This document shows, one piece after another, positions 14,706 through 21,802 of a stretch of 21,802 nt of DNA (its first letter is position 1; each line of letters starts with the position of its first letter). The position numbers and the translations under genes are program-made. The DNA is taken from contig MFWN01000051.1 in assembly GCA_001786395.1 (NCBI GenBank), positions 22,807 to 44,608 of the forward strand, read 5' to 3'. The stretch comes from Candidatus Pacearchaeota archaeon RBG_13_36_9. Its GTDB lineage: Archaea; Nanobdellota; Nanobdellia; Pacearchaeales; GW2011-AR1. The notes beneath the pieces are model-generated. The model saw only the letters and a list, made by a program, of their open reading frames with translations. It searched no databases and had not been told where the DNA came from.

Positions 14706-15248
14706 TTAAAAATTTATGTCTTCTGGAATAATATTCTTCCGAGTCTCTCCTTCGTTTTCCACTTCTTCATTTGCCTCTTCTGTTCCTTCAGAGTCTCCTT
14801 CCTCCCCCTCTTTGTCTCTTCTGATTACCCTCAGGTTATCTAATTTGACTGTGACCGGAATTGGAACCTGGGCTCCGAGCAAACTGACAACAGCTTCTTC
14901 CTTCTGCTTGTCTATCCTTATTACTTTCGCTTTCTCTTTCTTAAAAGGTTCAGAAATAATTTCTACAATATCGTTCTTTTCTATATTTATCTCTGCAACT
15001 GTCGGCTCCAGCATATTCTTCACCTCATCGTAGGTAATTGTTTTTCCAATTATCCCCTTGACATAAGGCAAATTGAAAGCTGCTTCTTCTGCGGTGTCTC
15101 TCTCATCTGCTTCAAGAAAAACATATCCCCTCAACCCATGAGGCCTGGCAAGGCTATAAACACGAAGCTGTTTTTTTTGGACTTTTTCCTCTATCATGTC
15201 CACTGCCCTGTCTTCTTTATTGGTGGTAACCTTAATAACATAAATCAT
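14706..15248 (-). CDS. spt5: Transcription elongation factor Spt5 (archaeal NusG) with acidic C-terminal tail
   Basis: NGN domain (IYVIKVTTNKEDRAVDMI...GYVFLEA) plus a KOW motif (NDIVEIISEPFKKEKAKVIRID). A roughly 35-aa acidic tail (KEGEEGDSEGTEEANEEVENEGE...) follows. It sits between secE and rpl11 as in the conserved archaeal cluster. Confidence 0.9.
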   Translation of the reverse strand: MIYVIKVTTNKEDRAVDMIEEKVQKKQLRVYSLARPHGLRGYVFLEADERDTAEEAAFNLPYVKGIIGKTITYDEVKNMLEPTVAEINIEKNDIVEIISEPFKKEKAKVIRIDKQKEEAVVSLLGAQVPIPVTVKLDNLRVIRRDKEGEEGDSEGTEEANEEVENEGETRKNIIPEDINF

Positions 15249-15327
15249 TGTAACGAAACTACTTCATAACTATTTAAGAAGCAGATAGTATTATTTAAAT
15301 TCAGGGGTTTTTAAATTTTGCGCTTAA

Positions 15328-15501
15328 TCAGAAAATAGGGAAAAAGTTCATCACAAGGGAAATAAAAAAGCCTATCAAGCCTATGACTGCGAGCCCGATT
15401 GCAGCCACTTTCGCGGTTGTTTTGTATTCCCGGGCGTCTGGCTTCCTTAAAATCCTCCAGACTCTTCCGCATTGCGCTAAAAACGATCTTATATTAAACA
15501 T
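15328..15501 (-). CDS. secE: Preprotein translocase subunit SecE (Sec61 gamma)
   Basis: Not in the ORF track (57 aa). Hand translation gives MFNIRSFLAQCGRVWRILRKPDAREYKTTAKVAAIGLAVIGLIGFFISLVMNFFPIF*. It has a basic amphipathic N-part and a single C-terminal TM helix. Its position is the canonical one between ftsZ and spt5. Confidence 0.8.
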   Translation of the reverse strand: MFNIRSFLAQCGRVWRILRKPDAREYKTTAKVAAIGLAVIGLIGFFISLVMNFFPIF

Positions 15502-15532
15502 AAAATTGGTTGGGAAAGCGGGTTTTTAAAAC

Positions 15533-16657
15533 TTACTCTAAGAACTCTATCCCCAGTTCTTTTGAAATGTCTTTTCTTTCCTTATCAACAGTGCTCTCTC
15601 CTGGACCAAGAATCTGGCTGCTTTTAACCCCTGTTATAATCAGCATAACTCTCAGGGCTTTTTCCATATCCTCGCTTATCTGGGCGCCCCAAATCATCCT
15701 CGCATCTTCGCTTAATTTCTTCCCAACTATCTGAACTATCTCTTTTGTCTCGTCAAGACTTAAATCCTGCCCTCCTACAATGTTGATAAGAGCTCCAGAA
15801 GCATTAGATATATCTACATCCAACAAAGGATTGTTTAAGGCTTTTTCAACAGCCTCTACAGCCCTATTTTGACTATCAGATTCTCCCACCCCTATTAATG
15901 AGACCCCGCCGTTAGTCATTACTGCCTTAATGTCTGCAAAGTCCAGGTTAACAAGCCCTGCTTTTGTTACCAGTTCGGTTATCCCCTTTACCGCATTTGT
16001 CAAAATCTCGTCTGCTACCTTAAAGGCAGTATGCAGCGGAAGCTCTGGAGCCAATTCGAGAAGCTTATCGTTAGGTATAACTATCAGCGTATCCACATTT
16101 TCCTCCATTCTTTCTAGACCATAGATTGCATTTTCTATTCTCTTCTTTCCCTCGATTGTAAATGGTAAGGTCACAACGCCTATTGTCAGCGCCCCTTGTT
16201 TTTTTCCTATTTCTGCAACCACTGGAGCAGCTCCTGTTCCTGTGCCTCCTCCAAGCCCGCAAGTTATAAAGACCATATCTGCTCCTGCCAGTTTCTTTTT
16301 TAATTCCTGCTCTGTTTCATGAGCTGCTTCTTCCCCAATCCGAGGATTAGAACCTGCTCCAAGTCCCTGAGTAAGCTCCTTTCCTATAAGAACTTTATAA
16401 TCTGCATTGGTATAAAGAAGGTCCTGGGCATCTGTGTTAATAGCTATGAGCTCTGCCCCCTTAATTCCTATCTCACGCATTCTGCTCAAAGTATTGCCGC
16501 CTGCGCCCCCTGCTCCGATAACTTTAACTTTAGCTATCTGTTTCTTTAATAGCTCTTCCAGCTGCCTGTCAATTTCTGCCACATTGGACAAAGCAGCATC
16601 AATGTCAGAAACATTAGAGATTCCAAAATCATGCTCTTTTTTAAACATCTCGGCCAT
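15533..16657 (-). CDS. ftsZ: Cell division GTPase FtsZ
   Basis: Tubulin signature [16 protein letters not shown]-terminal [10 protein letters not shown], and T7-loop region [11 protein letters not shown]. 374 aa. Confidence 0.95.
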   Translation of the reverse strand: MAEMFKKEHDFGISNVSDIDAALSNVAEIDRQLEELLKKQIAKVKVIGAGGAGGNTLSRMREIGIKGAELIAINTDAQDLLYTNADYKVLIGKELTQGLGAGSNPRIGEEAAHETEQELKKKLAGADMVFITCGLGGGTGTGAAPVVAEIGKKQGALTIGVVTLPFTIEGKKRIENAIYGLERMEENVDTLIVIPNDKLLELAPELPLHTAFKVADEILTNAVKGITELVTKAGLVNLDFADIKAVMTNGGVSLIGVGESDSQNRAVEAVEKALNNPLLDVDISNASGALINIVGGQDLSLDETKEIVQIVGKKLSEDARMIWGAQISEDMEKALRVMLIITGVKSSQILGPGESTVDKERKDISKELGIEFLE

Positions 16658-16773
16658 GTTAAAAAAGAGAGGCAGAAGGTATATAAATTTTATTGCATTA
16701 TTTTAACTATATTTGGGTGCTATATAGCATTTAATATAATCATATTTATTAAGCTATTTGTTGTAATAATATA

Positions 16774-17113
16774 ATGCCTGGAAAAGTATTGGTTAAGGTT
16801 ATAAGCACAAATGATGGTAAAGGGTTAATTGGAATTACTAATAAGCACAAATGATGGTAAAGGGTTAATTGGAATTACTAAAGAAGGAGAAGAAGTTCCA
16901 TTGAGTGCGCCTGAACAAAGATACTCACCAGGTTCATCAGATAACATTGATGAATTACTAAAAGCAGCAGGAGACGATGGTTATGTTCAATTAGGGGATT
17001 TAATCCAAGGGAATCTGACTGATATGCCTATTTGGTTTGGCAATATTTACAAAAGAAGAACTGACCTTACAGAAAAAGAAGAACGAACTAATCTGCCGTC
17101 TCAGACTTGTTAG
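16774..17113 (+). pseudogene. Small hypothetical gene interrupted by a frameshifting 40-bp tandem duplication
   Basis: ATG 16774 reads MPGKVLVKVISTNDGKGLIGIT, then enters the second repeat copy out of frame and stops at 16852-16854. The remaining ORF (track 16829..17113) repeats ISTNDGKGLIGIT and continues KEGEEVPLSAPEQ... Removing one 40-bp copy restores a single ORF of about 99 aa. Confidence 0.5.
16801..16880. repeat. Perfect 40-bp tandem duplication (2 copies)
   Basis: ataagcacaaatgatggtaaagggttaattggaattacta occurs at 16801-16840 and is identical at 16841-16880. The length is not a multiple of 3. Confidence 0.95.
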
Positions 17114-17235
17114 TCTTTTCTGTTTTCTCTTTATTTTCACTTGCTTTTTCAAAGTCTATTTCTAAAATTTCCTTGAACTTATCCTTGAAAAATTGTAAAA
17201 ATAGATCGCAACCGAAATTGCTCTTTAACATTTAA

Positions 17236-18201
17236 TTAATCTTCTGGCATATATATATGTTTTTCTTCGCTTAAAATAGTAATATAGTTATAACTTTCAA
17301 TTGTGTTAGGAAATTCATTTTCTAATTCCTCTATTAACTTTAATAAATGATTTAAATTTTTTACATGAAATTCCATTTCTAAAATTTCTCCGCCTATAGT
17401 TTTATCTATCTGATATATATTCGGATGTAGATGTGCAAAAGTTAATATCTGATCAAAATTATTCCAGCGAGACAAACGAAATTCTGTTTTATAAAATTCG
17501 TAACCTAAAAGATTAATATCTATAATTGCTCTATAGCCTTGAATAATTCCTTTTTTCTCTAATTGTTTTATTCTATAACTGATTGATTCAGCAGTTTTAT
17601 CGGTTTTTTTCGAAATTTCTAATAAGCTCACTCTTGCATTTTGTGCGAGTTCTCTTAAAATTAAAATGTCTATTTTATCAATTTGTTCTTGTTTTTTCCC
17701 GCCTAAGATTCTAATTTTGGAACTATCTTCTTTACCGACAATATAAGCTTTTGCAAAATGATAAATAGGGGAATAAATACAAACTTTATAATCTTTTATG
17801 CTTGGTAAGTAGTCTTTAAGAATTTTTTCCCAAGAATCATAAAATTGGTAAATATCTTTAATTGCAAGACCTAAGGCAACATCCCAATTTCCTGCAGTTA
17901 AAACAACCGCCCAAATATTCTTTTGGATTTTTAAGTAGTGGACGAATTCTTTCTTTTTTTGGGGATTTATATTTTTCAATTTTAAGTAAATCCTAAAAAT
18001 TGTATAGCCTAACTTAGAAGTGTCTATCATAGTAGAATATCCCTTTACAATGCCTTCTTTTTCTAGCTGTTCAATTCTATATTTAACAACTTGTTTTGAG
18101 AGTTTTACTTTTTTAGCTATTTGCGAATAAGTTTGTCTAGCGTTTATATCTAATTCATATAGGATCTTCCTATCTTTTAAATCAAGTTTTATTTTTAGCA
18201 T
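17236..18201 (-). CDS. Single-chain double Lrp/AsnC-family transcriptional regulator (two HTH + ligand-domain repeats)
   Basis: Repeat 1: LDLKDRKILYELDINARQTYSQIAKKVKLSKQVVKYRIEQLEKEGIVKGYSTMIDTSKLGY. Repeat 2: IDKIDILILRELAQNARVSLLEISKKTDKTAESISYRIKQLEKKGIIQGYRAIIDINLLGY. 321 aa, about twice the size of a normal Lrp/AsnC protein. Confidence 0.8.
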   Translation of the reverse strand: MLKIKLDLKDRKILYELDINARQTYSQIAKKVKLSKQVVKYRIEQLEKEGIVKGYSTMIDTSKLGYTIFRIYLKLKNINPQKKKEFVHYLKIQKNIWAVVLTAGNWDVALGLAIKDIYQFYDSWEKILKDYLPSIKDYKVCIYSPIYHFAKAYIVGKEDSSKIRILGGKKQEQIDKIDILILRELAQNARVSLLEISKKTDKTAESISYRIKQLEKKGIIQGYRAIIDINLLGYEFYKTEFRLSRWNNFDQILTFAHLHPNIYQIDKTIGGEILEMEFHVKNLNHLLKLIEELENEFPNTIESYNYITILSEEKHIYMPED

Positions 18202-18320
18202 ATTTTTAACTTAATCTTTAGTTATATATAAATTTTTTTGTTTTGACAAAATTTTTAATAGAAAATTATAATAATAGATTTTATCTCTATACTACTATAA
18301 AGTAAGTAAAGTAAGAGAAA

Positions 18321-19004
18321 ATGGAAGAAATAGAATTTAACCAAAGAAAATCATTGTTATACAGCCAGACATTAACGCCCACAGAAGAAGGATATAATTT
18401 GGGGATAGAATGGGGAAAGAATTATACAATAGAAATGAATAAATGGGAAGTTACAGGAGAAAAAAAGGGTTTACTTAAATTACTTAATTCTCAAGTTGAA
18501 CAATACAATGAAGAAATGGCAAGAGAATTACTTAAAAGATGGGATTTTAATCAAGAAAATATAGAACGTATACTTAAAGAAATAGAAAATATGCCTCAAG
18601 CACCAGTTATTTCTTCAAAAAAAGACGCAAGAAAAAGTTATGGTCTTAATCTTTCAAATCAGCAAATAGAAGAAATTAGAAAGAAATATGATAGTCTAAG
18701 AAAAAAAGGCTATATTAATTTAGAACTTGTACAACAAAGAGCTTGTAGGCTAAATAGGCTATTAGAAGAAGCTGTACTTCAAACCTCACAATGTATCCAT
18801 AAACCAACTGATAAAATGTACTCATTAGACAATAATTCAAGGGGGATTATATTAATATTTTTCACAAATCCTTCTCGGTTAAGTGAAAGCACAAATTGTT
18901 TAACATATTCAATATGGTCTACTTCTGAGATAGATTTAGAAGAAAAAATTGGAAGAATACGCTATTATGTTAAATTGAACTGGAACTTACCTGGACCTAA
19001 ATAA
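18321..19004 (+). CDS. Hypothetical protein
   Basis: 227-aa ORF with non-repetitive composition, divergent from the Lrp-like gene. No family recognised. Confidence 0.5.
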   Translation: MEEIEFNQRKSLLYSQTLTPTEEGYNLGIEWGKNYTIEMNKWEVTGEKKGLLKLLNSQVEQYNEEMARELLKRWDFNQENIERILKEIENMPQAPVISSKKDARKSYGLNLSNQQIEEIRKKYDSLRKKGYINLELVQQRACRLNRLLEEAVLQTSQCIHKPTDKMYSLDNNSRGIILIFFTNPSRLSESTNCLTYSIWSTSEIDLEEKIGRIRYYVKLNWNLPGPK

Positions 19005-19053
19005 AAATCCAATTAACAGCTTTATGTTCCATTATTATTAAAAAATAGCCCAA

Positions 19054-19809
19054 TTATTTTTTCTTTTCTTTCTCTTCATTATTTTCAGCAGGCTTCTCTG
19101 ATTTTTTCTCCTTACTTTCACTTGCTTTTTCTTCCTTTGCTGCAGTTTTTTTCTTTGTGCCTTCTTTTGCTTCAGCTTTCTTCTCTTCTTTCTTCTCAAA
19201 TTCCATTTCTTTCCCTAAAATCTCGCTGAATTTTTTTCCAAGAATCTTCACAAATGGCTCTGCTTCTGGCTCAAAAATAATTCTCTTTTCTTCTGTCTTG
19301 AATTTGAACCTTTTTTTAAAGAAGAAGTCCTGCAAGGAATTAACCTTTTCCTCATCTCCTTCAACTTTTCTTTTTATTGTGAACTCATACTCTATGTCTT
19401 TTCCTGAAAGAGGGTTGTTAAAGTCTACAGAGACCCTTCCTCCTGAAACACTTAATATCTTTGCAATCATGCCATCCAGATTAAGCATCAGCCCCGGAAC
19501 AGGGTTCATCTCCTGTTTTCTGAATGCAGAGAGGGGGATTATTCTTATAAGGGCAGGATTTCTCTTTCCAAACCCTTCTTCAGGCTCCACTTTAATCCTG
19601 TATTTTTGACTTATTTCTTTGTCTTCCAGCTGATTGTCAAACCCTGGAACAACCATTCCCCCGCCTATGCAAACAATTAGTGGCTGAACTTCTACCCCAA
19701 GGTTTATCTCCTTGGCTTTTTCCTTTATGTTGGTATCAAAGACAGCTCCGTTTGCGTATCCGATAAATTCTATCTCAACAAAATCGCCTTTCTTGGTTTT
19801 TTCAACCAT
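19054..19809 (-). CDS. FKBP-type peptidyl-prolyl cis-trans isomerase (archaeal SlyD-like, with insert-in-flap domain) plus K/E-rich tail
   Basis: KGDFVEIEFIGYANGAVFDTN...GGGMVVPGFDNQLEDKE...EEGFGKRNPALIRIIPLSAF...GGRVSVDFNNPLSGKDIEYEFTI matches the FKBP fold with an IF chaperone insert. The last roughly 46 aa are K/E/A low complexity. Confidence 0.85.
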   Translation of the reverse strand: MVEKTKKGDFVEIEFIGYANGAVFDTNIKEKAKEINLGVEVQPLIVCIGGGMVVPGFDNQLEDKEISQKYRIKVEPEEGFGKRNPALIRIIPLSAFRKQEMNPVPGLMLNLDGMIAKILSVSGGRVSVDFNNPLSGKDIEYEFTIKRKVEGDEEKVNSLQDFFFKKRFKFKTEEKRIIFEPEAEPFVKILGKKFSEILGKEMEFEKKEEKKAEAKEGTKKKTAAKEEKASESKEKKSEKPAENNEEKEKKK

Positions 19810-19839
19810 AAAAACTCTAAAGAAGGGGGGTTTAAAAAC

Positions 19840-19950
19840 TTAGTTCTTTTTCTTTCCTTCCTTTATCTCTTTAGGAAGATATTCATAACCAGACTCTACA
19901 AACATTAACAAGCCATTCACAGCTTTTTGACTAAATCCACTTGGCGGCAT
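19840..19950 (-). CDS. Mini-ORF (36 aa) retaining only the N-terminal module of the MPxCGF family (Cys replaced by Ser)
   Basis: Hand translation gives MPPSGFSQKAVNGLLMFVESGYEYLPKEIKEGKKKN*. It starts 1 nt after the stop of 19952..20356 (TAAAATG junction) and ends 30 nt before the FKBP start. Expression is unproven. Confidence 0.4.
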   Translation of the reverse strand: MPPSGFSQKAVNGLLMFVESGYEYLPKEIKEGKKKN

Positions 19951-19951
19951 T

Positions 19952-20356
19952 TTATTTTTTTGTCCCTATATTTAATTGATTCAAATATTGTGCTAACTCT
20001 TTCATATCATCTGGTTTTCCTTCTAATTCAGAATAAAACTTATTGTCCATTTCAAAATAAAGATTATTTATTTTTTCAATAAGCTCTTCATAATTCTCTA
20101 TCCCTTCTCTTTGAAGTAATTTGTAAAATGCACAAGCATATTCAGTTAAGGTTCTTATTAATTCTCTTACCTCTGAATCTTCAATTGCCAAAAGTTCCTT
20201 TTGGAATCTTCCCATATCTTCTATTTCTTTATTTATTGTCTCTTCTGTCATTTGATTTTTCTTTTTTGAACGTTCAATGATTCCGTGTTCAATTAAACCT
20301 CTATGTAAAAGTTTCATGCCTTCAAGCATCTCTTTATTAAATCCACAAAAGGGCAT
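19952..20356 (-). CDS. Hypothetical helical protein, MPxCGF family (long form, copy 2)
   Basis: 134 aa. It is a paralog of 20482..20880, sharing the N-terminus MPFCGFNKEMLEGMKLLHRGLIEHG and the C-terminal motif YSELEGKPDDMKELAQYLNQLN. No known family recognised. Confidence 0.65.
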   Translation of the reverse strand: MPFCGFNKEMLEGMKLLHRGLIEHGIIERSKKKNQMTEETINKEIEDMGRFQKELLAIEDSEVRELIRTLTEYACAFYKLLQREGIENYEELIEKINNLYFEMDNKFYSELEGKPDDMKELAQYLNQLNIGTKK

Positions 20357-20357
20357 T

Positions 20358-20480
20358 TTACTTTTTCCCTAACTTAGGTTTATTTTCTTCAGATTCCCTA
20401 ATGGCTTTCAGTCTAACTAATCCTTTATGAAATTCTTTTATGCCTTCAAGCATTTCTTCATTAAATCCGCATATGGGCAT
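20358..20480 (-). CDS. Mini-ORF (40 aa) retaining only the N-terminal module of the MPxCGF family
   Basis: Hand translation gives MPICGFNEEMLEGIKEFHKGLVRLKAIRESEENKPKLGKK*. Its first 24 nt are identical to the start of 20482..20880. It is flanked on both sides by TAAAATG junctions. Expression is unproven. Confidence 0.45.
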   Translation of the reverse strand: MPICGFNEEMLEGIKEFHKGLVRLKAIRESEENKPKLGKK

Positions 20481-20481
20481 T

Positions 20482-20880
20482 TTAACTTCTTAGATTTATC
20501 TGATTTAAATGTTGCACTAATTCTGCCATGTCCTCTGGTTTTCCTTCCAGTTCACTATAATATTTTTTATCCATAGACTCAAAATAAAGCAACATATTAT
20601 TAATTATTTCTTGATAATTTTTAATCCCATTCTTTCTCATAATCATATAAAATCCCATTGAATATTTTATAATCCCTTCTGTTAAGATTCTTTTTGCACT
20701 GTCGTCTATTTTAGGAATTTCGGCTAAAAGTCTGGTCATATCTGAGATTTCCCTTTTTATCCCCTGGTCTACTGTCTCTCCATTTTTTTCTGAACGAAAT
20801 TTAAGTCCATGCTCTACAAGTCCTTCGTTAAAAGACAGTAAGCCTTCTAACATTTTTTCATTAAATCCGCATATGGGCAT
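20482..20880 (-). CDS. Hypothetical helical protein, MPxCGF family (long form, copy 1)
   Basis: 132 aa: MPICGFNEKMLEGLLSFNEGLVEHG...YSELEGKPEDMAELVQHLNQIN. An AGGAG Shine-Dalgarno-like element (plus-strand ctcct at 20890-20894) lies 9 nt upstream of the ATG. Confidence 0.65.
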   Translation of the reverse strand: MPICGFNEKMLEGLLSFNEGLVEHGLKFRSEKNGETVDQGIKREISDMTRLLAEIPKIDDSAKRILTEGIIKYSMGFYMIMRKNGIKNYQEIINNMLLYFESMDKKYYSELEGKPEDMAELVQHLNQINLRS

Positions 20881-20990
20881 TTTATGTTTCTCCTTAGTTT
20901 AATATAAAGCGCGTTTATTTATATAAAATGTTTTAGGTAATATTTTTATGAAAACACAATATTTATAACTATAAGTTCATTTATGTAAAA
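20881..20990. promoter_or_regulatory. Divergent promoter region between the MPxCGF array and the second double-Lrp gene
   Basis: AT-rich with oppositely oriented TATA-like boxes around a gcgcg core (aatataaaGCGCGtttatttatataaaa, about 20901-20928). A further tttataa at 20962-20968 lies 23 nt before ATG 20991. Confidence 0.4.
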
Positions 20991-21802
20991 ATGGATAAGA
21001 AAGATGAAAGGATATTAAAAGAGCTTATTAAGAACTCTAGAAGCCCTTTAACAAAATTAAGTAAAAAGGTAGATCTTTCTAGAGAAAACATTTACTATAG
21101 AATTCAGAATCTCATAAAAAAGGATATTATAAAAGATTTTGTAGTTAACATGGATTACAGAAAGCTTGGATTCAGTCATTATGTTATTTTTTTGCAATAC
21201 GATAAAATAACTCTTGAAAAAGAAAAAAACATTATAGACTATTTAAAAAATAGCGGAAATGCGAGCTGGATAGGCCCATTAACTGGAAAAATGAGTTTAT
21301 GCTTTGATGCTTATTTTAAAGACACGGATGAGTTAGATAATTTTTTAACAGATTTTTTAACAAGATTTAAAGAAAATATCGGGGAATATCTTGTTTTAGA
21401 AGTTTTAGAGTCAGAATATTTTTTTAATAAGATTATCAGTCAAACAGAGATTCAAAAAGAAAAAGAAGTTATTAAGAAAAAAGTTAAGCTTGATAAAACT
21501 GACTTAGCTATTTTAGAAAGATTAAACAATAATTCCAGAGTTTCTTATGTTGATATATCAAGAGGCTTAAGGCTGACGCCAAATGCAATGAAACAAAGAA
21601 TCAAACATCTTGAAAAAAATAAAATTATTTTAGAGTACTCCTTGTCATTAAATTATAAGGCATTTGGATTTGAATGGCAGGGATTGCAAATAAAACTAAC
21701 AAATCCAAATAAAGAGATTGAAACAAAAGTCAAGGACTATTTTAAAGAAAACAAAAAAGTTGTTTTCTTTTATCAGTATAAAAAATCCGGAATCTATGAT
21801 TT
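20991..21802 (+). CDS. Single-chain double Lrp/AsnC-family transcriptional regulator (3' end beyond window)
   Basis: Not in the ORF track because no stop is reached. Hand translation is open from ATG 20991 to the window end. Repeat 1: DKKDERILKELIKNSRSPLTKLSKKVDLSRENIYYRIQNLIKKDIIKDFVVNMDYRKLGF. Repeat 2: LDKTDLAILERLNNNSRVSYVDISRGLRLTPNAMKQRIKHLEKNKIILEYSLSLNYKAFGF. Confidence 0.8.
   Translation, partial: MDKKDERILKELIKNSRSPLTKLSKKVDLSRENIYYRIQNLIKKDIIKDFVVNMDYRKLGFSHYVIFLQYDKITLEKEKNIIDYLKNSGNASWIGPLTGKMSLCFDAYFKDTDELDNFLTDFLTRFKENIGEYLVLEVLESEYFFNKIISQTEIQKEKEVIKKKVKLDKTDLAILERLNNNSRVSYVDISRGLRLTPNAMKQRIKHLEKNKIILEYSLSLNYKAFGFEWQGLQIKLTNPNKEIETKVKDYFKENKKVVFFYQYKKSGIYD

Noticed and set aside
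15510-16706. Several plus-strand ORFs (63-90 aa) across the ftsZ region, and the minus-strand 63-aa ORF at 16071..16262
   Set aside because: All overlap the unambiguous ftsZ CDS, in antisense or alternative frames. Their R/S/C-rich composition is typical of off-frame translation.
17091-17231. 46-aa minus-strand ORF (MLKSNFGCDLFLQFFKDKFKEILEIDFEKASENKEKTEKTNKSETAD) downstream of the double-Lrp gene
   Set aside because: It is short and overlaps the 3' end of the plus-strand gene. It has no recognisable motif or promoter/RBS support, so it cannot be distinguished from chance in AT-rich DNA.
1-21802. CRISPR arrays, rRNA genes, IS elements or prophage content
   Set aside because: The only repeats seen are two-copy tandem duplications (40 bp, 42 bp) and short slippage repeats (12 bp at about 6260, 8 bp at about 8303). 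There are no spaced direct repeats and no transposase, integrase or cas-like ORFs.

Overview
This is an AT-rich archaeal chromosomal segment. Gene content and style suggest a small-genome, DPANN-like archaeon, which is an inference. No CRISPR array, rRNA, transposase or integrase was seen.

Core genes:
- ftsZ-secE-spt5-rpl11 cluster on the minus strand (16657-13901)
- rpl37ae with an adjacent tRNA-Pro(UGG)
- rpoP-pfdB
- sepF
- a shortened dph2-like gene
- an FKBP-type PPIase

rpoP, secE and the tRNA are absent from the supplied ORF track and were found by hand translation or folding.

The left third (about 1.5-8.3 kb) is a cell-envelope locus. It holds an MJ0822-type S-layer protein, a small polytopic membrane protein and two paralogous signal-anchored proteins rich in Cys and N-glycosylation sequons. 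It also holds a miniature archaeosortase-like protein directly beside a 550-aa surface protein with a TM-plus-basic C-terminal sorting tail.

Accessory content:
- a VapBC toxin-antitoxin pair
- a TrmB-family regulator
- several hypothetical genes
- two single-chain double Lrp/AsnC regulators

The two Lrp/AsnC regulators bracket a block containing the most unusual structure in the window. It is a long-short-long-short array of four genes that all begin MPxCGF (the fourth has Ser in place of Cys), are all joined by the same TAAAATG junction, and lie directly upstream of the FKBP gene.

Other oddities:
- rpl11 carries a roughly 100-aa Ala/Lys/Glu/Pro tail that includes a perfect 42-bp tandem repeat
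- a perfect 40-bp tandem duplication frameshifts a small gene
- an orphan 60-aa ORF has a near-consensus twin-arginine signal
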